Assembly (NCBI RefSeq): GCF_009914755.1
Contig: NC_060925.1
Reading direction: 5' to 3' (one strand)
From: the human T2T-CHM13v2.0 reference genome, Homo sapiens
DNA: 64,000 nucleotides
The notes beneath the pieces are model-generated. The model did no database searches. It saw nothing but the letters and a program-made list of their open reading frames with translations, and was not told the DNA's origin. The translations under genes were made by a program, and so were the position numbers. Positions 56,101 to 64,000 of this stretch are shown here, one piece after another (the first letter of the stretch is position 1; the number at the start of each line of letters is the position of its first letter).

Positions 56101-59100
56101 CAAATAAATGAGAACATGTGATGTTTGTCTTTCTGGGCCTGGCTTATTTTACTTCACATAATAATGTACAGTTCCATCTATGTTGTTGCAAATGACAGGA
56201 TCTCATTTTTTTTTATAGCTGAATAGTACTCCATTGTATGTATGTACCACATTTTCTTTATCCATTCATCTGTTGATGGATATTTAGGTTGTTTCCAAGT
56301 CTTAGCTATTGTGAACAGGGCTGGAATAAACATGGGAGTGCAGATATCATTTCAATATACTGATTTTCTTACTTTTGGGTATATACCTAGCTGTGAGATT
56401 GCTGGATCACATCATAGCTCTATTTTTAGTTTTTTGATGAACCTCCAAACTGTTTTCCATAGCAGCTGTACTAATTTACATAACCATAAAAAGTGTATGA
56501 TGGTTCACTTTACTCCACATCCTCACCAGCAATCCTTATTGCCTGTCTTTATATAAAAGCCATTTTAACTGGGGTGAGATAATATCTCATTGTAGTTATT
56601 ATTTGTATTTCTCTGATCGATGATGTTGAGCACATTTTCATTTGCTTGTTTGCCATATGTCTGTCTGCTTTTGAGAAATGTCTATTTAAATCTTTTGCCC
56701 ACTTTTTGATCCAACTATTAGATATGTTTCCTCTAGAATTGTTTGAGCTGCTTAGATATTCTGGTTATCAATTACTTGTCAGATGTGTGAAAGGACAATA
56801 TACTGGGCCCCTGAAATCACTAGGGAAAATTCAAGCGGGAAACTGCCTAGGACAAACCTTCCTCCCATTCTACTCAAAGTCACTCCTCTGCTCACTGAGA
56901 TAGATACATATCTGATTTTATTCCTTTGGAAAGGCTAAGCAGAAACTCAAAATACCAGGGGATTTCAAGATTTCAGTCTAAACCTTCACCCAGTAAGTGC
57001 TTTTTGTCCCACAATAACAGTCATTCATGGTACTCTATGAAAAGATATTTCATCCCGAGTGAATACCCTCATCCCTCTCCATTTTAGTTGCTTTTCCTTC
57101 ATGTAAAAGCTCACCACTGCTAAATGAATTTGAACAGTTTATTAATGAGACAAGTTAATTTTCTACAGCTGGGAGGCATATATAGTGACAGTCTGTTAAA
57201 CCTCAAACCTCTCTTTCTAGCTTCTGCCTGGAAGAAATTTAGAGTCACAGATTTTACCTAAATTTTCAAAACCTACAGCACCACCTCATGAGATAGGATT
57301 TTTTTCTGCATAGAGTCTTGTTGGCCCTTTGCCAAAAACCTCTAATACCCAGATTTCTTCCACTTTTGTGTTCCTCTGTCAGCAAGCAGACTCTATGCCC
57401 CATTTGTAGGGAAAAAAACTCCGCATTCAACAGTTGGGAGGAAGCCACCCTTGAGAGACAAATTCTAGCCTCAGTGCTGTTCCCATCAGAAGGAGGACAG
57501 CCATTAAATCCATATGTTCTTTTGAGGCACCTGTTCTGCTTCCAACAACATTGGCATTTAATCAGAAAGGGGATTTTGTGTTTAAAAGGCAATGGGTAAA
57601 ATTTTCTGGGAATGCACTGCTTTTCCAGGGCCATAGCTAGAGGAAGCAGGAATAGGGTTAAAACACTCCCTCTGTTAAAGTGTCTCACCCAACTTTATCT
57701 ACTGTACAATCTCCTGGGAGGCCTAGGAACCCAGAAGGGCAGTGAGATGAGGCATTGTGCTGGTAAGCATGACTACCCCTGCCAACTAGCACCTCCAGAT
57801 ACATGGGTGCAATTCATGCTTGCATCCATGGGCTGCACCTATGATGGTTGCCAGGACCCAAAGGAGATGGGAGGAAAGAGAAGAGGGACACCCCTGTAAT
57901 CTTTCTCTTCAACCTGGGTCACTTCAAAAGTTGAAAGGAGACTAAGGGACACCTTCTACTCCCCTCTTTTTATGCATGGGTAACACCCCATCTTCAAGCC
58001 TGCATTCCCCTTGAGTTATTCTTTAGACTTCAGAGCCTGAAGTTCGCTCTGGGCAAGTGCCAACTTCTCTCATGTATAGAGGCCTTCCAGGATATAACCC
58101 AAGTATTTAAACTCTCCTAGAAGGATGTTATGTTACTCTGAAACCCTAACTGCTGTTGAGAGACAGGCAGCCCTACAGGTAGCAGAAAAAATCAGAGATG
58201 AGCAGCATGTTTCCTATAGCCAGTCAAAAAGGGAAAGAGGGTGAGAAACAGGCAGAATCCCCATTCCCAGTAGGAAAAGAGGCAGTATCCCTTGAAAACT
58301 CTAATTGGAACCCTACTAAGCCCATAGATGATTGAAAAATAGAAACACTTTCAGATGTATACGGTAGAAGTCTTACAGGGGACCAGAGCCAAACCTGTTA
58401 ACTACTCTAAGCTATCCATGATAGATCAAAACCCAGATGAAAATCCCTCAGCCTTTTTATAAAGGCTGAGAGAGACTTTGGCAAAACATGCTTCCCTATC
58501 TCGTAATTCAATTGAGGGACAGCTCATCTTGAAAGACAGGTTTACTCAAGCAGCTCCTGATATTTGAAGGAAGCTACAGAAACAGGCTATAGGACTAGAA
58601 GGCACCTTAGAAAACCTTCTAAGAGTAGCCACCTCAGTCTTTCATAAGACGTACTAGGAGGAGGCTCAGGAAAAGGAGAGAAAATAGAAGAAAAAGTCAG
58701 ACAGAGGGTACCTTGGAATGGAATCCAGGCCTGAGACTCCTTGAGCTCACTGTTCAAGACACCCTCATAAACTGGTCAGTAACAAACTTTGCTGCATGTC
58801 TCCGACTTGTTTTATGTCCTTAAGCATAACCTGTAACCATGTGGTAGTACCACTTTTCAGCCGTTGCCTTTTTACAATGGTGACCCAGGTTCAATCCCAG
58901 CCTGGGTGATGAATACTTTCCAGTTAACAACTGTGTGACGTTTAATCATCTCGTGCTCCGCCATGAAAAACTCTAACTGCCTTTCTGAAATCTTCCTTTC
59001 TCTCAACTGACTTTAAAGGTTCTAGATCTGGTAAAAGCTGCTTACCACCACTTATAAAATATCTTGTATACTAACGGTGAACTTATAACCTAACGGAGAG

Positions 59101-59503
59101 TTTTTAGTTTCCCCTGTGATGTTACCTTTGGTAAAATTCAAAAGCCAGAAATATTACCTGCTTGATTTAGCTAAAGTCAGGAAACAGAAGATGTCAAAGG
59201 ATTTTCTGAAAGGGTGCTGAGCTTGATTAAAAGTGGATATTCAAGTTATAGGTATATTTAAAAGACCTGCATGTTTTTGTCTTCTTGGATCGTGTTTTTC
59301 TTGAAAAGAACTTTTCCATTGACTGAATTACTGTTCTCCACTCTGTCTTTCCACTCTTAATGCACACAAGATAACTTCTGGTGGCCTGAAACGTTTTGGG
59401 AAAAACAGAAAATGCATGATGGATTCCATTTTGGGAGAAACCTCTGTTTTCCTCATGGAATCCCAGAATCTAGAGGCTGATCAATCCTGCTCAAAATCTG
59501 TTT
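41544..59503 (-). repeat. Older inverted paralogue of 1-16455 (amylase 3' intergenic unit)
   Basis: Same repeats in mirrored order: MER4A-like 56786-56953, L1MA about 55735-56783, Alu about 54360-54580, MLT1 about 52715-53022, AluY about 49872-50187, Alu about 46087-46376, L1MA about 43180-43810. About 90% identity by eye. Confidence 0.93.
50996..51812 (+). mobile_element. Young L1PA (approx. PA2-PA4) 5'-truncated insertion with 5' inversion
   Basis: 50996-51154 is antisense ORF2; 51155-51812 is sense ORF2 end, 3'UTR and tail. TSD AGAAATATTTAAACAATG at 50978-50995 and 51813-51830. Confidence 0.92.
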
Positions 59504-60265
59504 TTGTCTTACAGCTATACAAGTTGATTAGGCCCTAGAAACTTCGTGGTTTGCTATCCCTGTTCTTAAAGGGCTCTACTGGGAAGCCAGTAATGCAATT
59601 AGGAAATGGGACGAGAAGAAATCTTAGAGCTACTGGATCTTCTTCTGTTTGTCTGTGTAGCAATATATGTGTTGTGTGTGATGTCTGTAACGAGGACCAA
59701 TTGATTGCCTTAAATAAAAATAAGCACTTAAATCAAATATTTTAGAGGAAAGTTAAAACCGTAATGCCTTTTAGTTTATGTGTTTTTAAACTCTAAGAAA
59801 TAAAAACTGTTTTAAAGATCAAATTGGAAAATGCAAATATCATCAATATGTAAATAGCAGGTTTAAATCACATAAATTAGATAAAAGGCTTGCTAAATAT
59901 TTCAAGGTTGTAGGCTGCCTACTTTACAACTTGGTAAGGCCTGGGGACATATGAAATTAACCATGCCCTAACTAGAATGGAAAAAGTCAGACTTTATCTG
60001 CATCTAGTACATAATTAAAACAACTTACCAGGTTTACATTAAAGTTAAAAATTGCTAAGATTGACCATAAAAATATGTAAATAAGACAACTAAAAATAAA
60101 TTTACATGCAAGGTGTGTAGGAACACTTAAATGTGTTTGTGGTAAAAGATTATAAAAAGGCATAAAAATGTAAATGTTGCCTATGGAAAAAGGATTCTTT
60201 TGAAACCTATGTAAGGGTAAAATTTGGCTTTCCTTCCCTTGTACAGATTTTTCATGTAATAGAGA
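56786..60265 (+). mobile_element. MER4A-like LTR piece plus degenerate ERV1 internal sequence (gag-like block about 58065-58710)
   Basis: TGTGAAAGGACAATATACTGGGCCCC start; uninterrupted counterpart of 37990-41017 and 1-2019. Confidence 0.65.
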
Positions 60266-60592
60266 AGAATAATGAAATATTTGGTTTGCCTTGTTGGTAG
60301 AATGCCAAGGAGAGAAAAGAGTAGACAGGAGACAAACTGTTTGGAAAGCTAAGTCTTACCTCTTAATGAGTAAAGATTGTTGCCTAGTTTTAAAATTTTT
60401 GAGTCATCCTTTTGCCAAAATAAATAACTTATGTGTAACCTGGAATTGTATTTCATACTATCAAGTGTCTTAAACCTCTTTTTACTAATTAGAGCTTTTA
60501 TTTAAAATTAATGATATGTAACTATTACTGTATATGTAAGAAAAGAAACACACTTAGCTATTGCTTTGCGGATTTGCATTTAATTTTAAATT

Positions 60593-60782
60593 TTACAATT
60601 TAGATTCAGCATGAATTGCAATAAATGGATCTTCAGCAGAGTTACTAATAGAAAAATGAGCTTTGCCATCATCAGAAACGTAGATTTTAATGCCTGTGCA
60701 GTTGCCATTAATTTTATCTCCAGAAATGACATCACAGTATGTGCCAGCAGGAAGACCAGTTTGCAAAGTTAAAGAAAATGTC
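60593..60782 (-). CDS. AMY1: Second AMY1 copy, coding exon 10
   Basis: Reverse complement of 37472-37661, including the TAA. Confidence 0.96.
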
Positions 60783-62101
60783 CTGTAAAATAAAATTTCA
60801 GATTTAACTTCAAAACAATGAAATCAAGAATACAGACTAACACAAATAAACAGCATAACTTTATGTTTTAGAACCCTAAGCAGTGAAGTCTCATTAAGAA
60901 GAAAACCCATATGCCTCCCTAGTAGGTGTAAACAGCTTTCTAGGACCAAAAGTAACCTTACAGAAAACCTACCAATTTCCTTTTCAGTAGTGAAAATATA
61001 ACCGAAAAATCAAAGTTGAAGAATATCACCGAAGATTGGCGGGAGCGGTCACATTTTGATAAAGTGCTACCTTGGTAAAATCAAATTTTTTCTCAACTGA
61101 ACTTAATGCCAATTACTTTAAAAATTTAAAGGGTATTATTTTTTTAACCTTCTTTTATTCTACATGAGGTCAAAAAGAATTTAGGGTGTACATAAAAACA
61201 GTCTAGCATTTGTATGAGGAAGTGATAGTTTGAAATATAAAGCTTTTTCACAAAAGATTTTTTTGGTATTTTCATCCACAAAAGAAGGAAACTAAGGAAA
61301 TAGACACGCATTTTTTTGGCAGGAAAGAGATCAACTTGACTTATATATTTTTGTATTTATTTATTTTTCATAAGTGAAGTATAATTTATACTAGAGTGAG
61401 CTAAGTATGAGTGTCAGTTGGCCTTGGACAGAGACAATTCAACTGTTTGCAAGGAGGTCTTCTCAGCTACAGTTTCGGGAATCATTTATACTACAGCCAA
61501 AGGATACAAAAATCACAGATGAAAGGCCAATAATGAGAAGTTTCAGAACTAAAACTCAAGTCTCCTGAAGCAAATCATTAACCACAAGATACATATTATT
61601 TATCCATATGCTTTAAAAATGTTATTTGTCACAAGGAGACAGAGAAGTGAAGAAAGTATACCAAAAAACTAGGTAGAGCTGTCATTGAGAAAAAGAGAAA
61701 TAAAGATATTTTAGTACTGAGGCAGCATTTTTCCATGATTAAAAGAGCAGGACTATAAGAAACGTTCTTTTAATGATTTCACAATCCTTCTATTAATTAC
61801 TTTGTGTATTTTGTGGCATGTGTAGGTAAGCATATGAATGTGCATTCTATATATGCATAAGATATTGCAAGGGTGCACAGAAAGGATTCTGCTTACAACA
61901 GAAAGCCCTTATGAAAACAGGAGAACGAAGGAGTAACAGCGATCATCCTTTTGCTTCTACCCAATTTTGATCTCTATTGTCTTCTCGCTCCACTGACTAC
62001 ATGATTTTTCAGATATGATAAATGTCAATGAACAGAAAAAAAAAAGAATAAACCAAGAACATACTGGTACAAAATATTATTTTTAATTGATATTTACTTA
62101 C

Positions 62102-62227
62102 CAGTCATCATTGTTGAAAACAATGAATCCTCTGTTTCCTCTCCCAAAAGCCACTTGGTTGCTCCCATTATCATACCAGTTTGTAAAAGGCTGGCCATCC
62201 ACTACATTGCGGAAATTAACCATGTTC
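62102..62227 (-). CDS. AMY1: Second AMY1 copy, coding exon 9
   Basis: Reverse complement of 36028-36153 with intact splice sites. Confidence 0.96.
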
Positions 62228-62337
62228 CTAAAAACACAATACCATATAAAACGTTGATATTCTTAAACTTCAACTGTTTTAAATAAAGTGCTACGGAAAT
62301 TTACTATTAGAGGACATGTCTAAATACATATTCTCAC

Positions 62338-62456
62338 CTTATTTGGCGCCATCGATGTTCACAGACCCAGTCATTGCCACAAGTAGTGTCTGGATTAATA
62401 GTAACTTCTTTAGTTACTCCATTATCATTTGGTGGCCCAACCCAATCATTAACATC
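62338..62456 (-). CDS. AMY1: Second AMY1 copy, coding exon 8 (exons 1-7 lie beyond the window)
   Basis: Reverse complement of 35799-35917 with intact splice sites. Confidence 0.96.
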
Positions 62457-62720
62457 CTTAATTACAGGAGGAAAAGCCAAATTTTAGCATATATATATTT
62501 ATCTCTTCCTTCTCCTTTAAACCAAACCCAACCTATCCTGTTACTTGTGTCTCTGCATTCAGTGACTTTATCTAGAATCCAATGCCTTCATTGATTTTTA
62601 TAGCCCTTTACTGGGTCTTCATCATCTCTCTATCCTCTGGTTCTCTTTTGCCATATTTCAAACAAAGGTAGCAAATTGTTATCCTCTCCTTTTCATTCCA
62701 AGGCACTGCAAAGACTTCTT

Positions 62721-62999
62721 TGCTCTGTCACCCAGGCTGGAGTACAGTGGCATGATCGTAGCTCACTGCAGCCTTGATCTCCGAGGCTCAAGCGAACCTC
62801 CCATCTCAGCCTCCCAAGTAGCTAAGACTGTTGGTGTGCACCACCGCACCCAGCTAATTTTTTTTTTTTTTTTAATTTTCAGTAGAGGCAAGGTCTTGCT
62901 AGCTTGCCCAGATAGGTCTTGAACTCCTCAGGTCAGCTGACCTTCTCAGCTGGCCGCACACAGTGCTGGGATTATAGGTGTGAGCCACTGCACCTGGCC
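62721..62999 (-). mobile_element. AluJ-like element, copy of 35257-35534
   Basis: Reverse complement, with one extra base in the right arm. Confidence 0.9.
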
Positions 63000-64000
63000 T
63001 GCAAGGGCTTCTTAACATCACTGTAAGCCATGCAATGGCATTGAAATGGGAAGGGCATTAGTACTAGAAACACCAGGATTAAAACATAGGCTCTATTACT
63101 AGTAGCTGAGAAAATTTAATCAATATAAATAATTTCTCTGTGTCTCAGTTTCCTCATTTGTAAAATGAGAATAATGAGTTCTTTTGCTATAAAAATTAAG
63201 TAATATATGTGAAAATGCCTTGAACATGACATATGCTAAATAAATATTGGAGGCCGTCATGCTTCTTTTTAGATAAATGTACAAAATACTACATCTGAAC
63301 ATTTTTTTTTATAAATTGACCATATTTTTAGTATTATGCTTTTCTGATTGGCACTTTAAGAAATCTTCATTAAAAAACACAGAGTAACCCTAGGAAGTTT
63401 ATCAGTGTTCACCTTAAAATCACGTCATATGGTGAAAAGTGAACAAAACTTAAGAGTTTATAGCATGCAGCAGTCCTGTCAAAGTGGGAATGTTATAGTA
63501 ATAGAAAAAATAAAAGAACTCTCTGACTCCTAACAACAGAAATAAGACCAATTAGTAGAAATTATAAGAAGTTGTCTCAATATAAAAGTACACCTTCTAA
63601 ATATTAAAGCTGTTTAACAATAGAATCAGTTGTTATACATAGTAGCGGACTTCTCAAACTGAAAGGAATCTAAAAAAAGCTAGCTAGATATCTGTGTGAC
63701 TCATAGGAAGGAGGAATTTCTGCTTTAGTTCTGAAGTCTCTGATGCTGTTTCTCAACCCTTTAGTTTAAAAGAAAACCTTCTACTAGCTTTCCAAATATC
63801 TTTACACTCTTATTTCTCTGTTCCTTTTTGAAACTACTCAGCAGAGTGATGTCTTTACCATACTCCCAAATATTTTTCTCATTCTTACCTTTCTTGGAAT
63901 ACTCTCTATAAATTTCTATCCTTTAGTACATACAATTTCCTTCCTCTTATAGTATACTTTCCCTATTTAACTCAGCTGAACTGGATCATTTGTTTCTATA

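Larger units (their letters stand above)
57237..63999 (-). repeat. Right arm of near-perfect inverted segmental duplication (runs off window)
   Basis: Reverse complement of 34257-41017. Confidence 0.97.

Overview
Human (primate) genomic DNA from the amylase gene cluster. The window holds one complete salivary alpha-amylase gene on + (AMY1 type; 10 coding exons, 29474-37661, 1536 nt = 511 aa + stop, all introns GT-AG) and the last three coding exons of a second, near-identical AMY1 copy on - (60593-62456, continuing past the window end). The two copies are arranged tail to tail. Upstream of the + gene is a 7.8-kb HERV-E provirus on - (20828-28668: two LTRs, tRNA-Glu PBS, PPT, decayed gag/pro/pol/env). 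It is inserted into a processed gamma-actin 3'UTR pseudogene; this composite is the known salivary promoter. The rest is segmental-duplication architecture. A very young inverted duplication pairs about 34257-41017 with 57237-63999. An older, roughly 90%-identical inverted paralogy pairs 1-16455 with 41544-59503. Between them is a 529-bp templated fragment carrying an orphan amylase exon (41017-41545). Alu, L1, L2, MaLR, Tigger and MER4-group repeats fill the flanks. The layout resembles the AMY2A-3'-flank / AMY1A / AMY1B segment, but copy names cannot be fixed from sequence alone. I found no convincing wholly new biological system. The best leads are the rearrangement junction, a TATA-like difference between the two LTRs, and patchy homogenisation between paralogues. 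Identity percentages are by-eye estimates.
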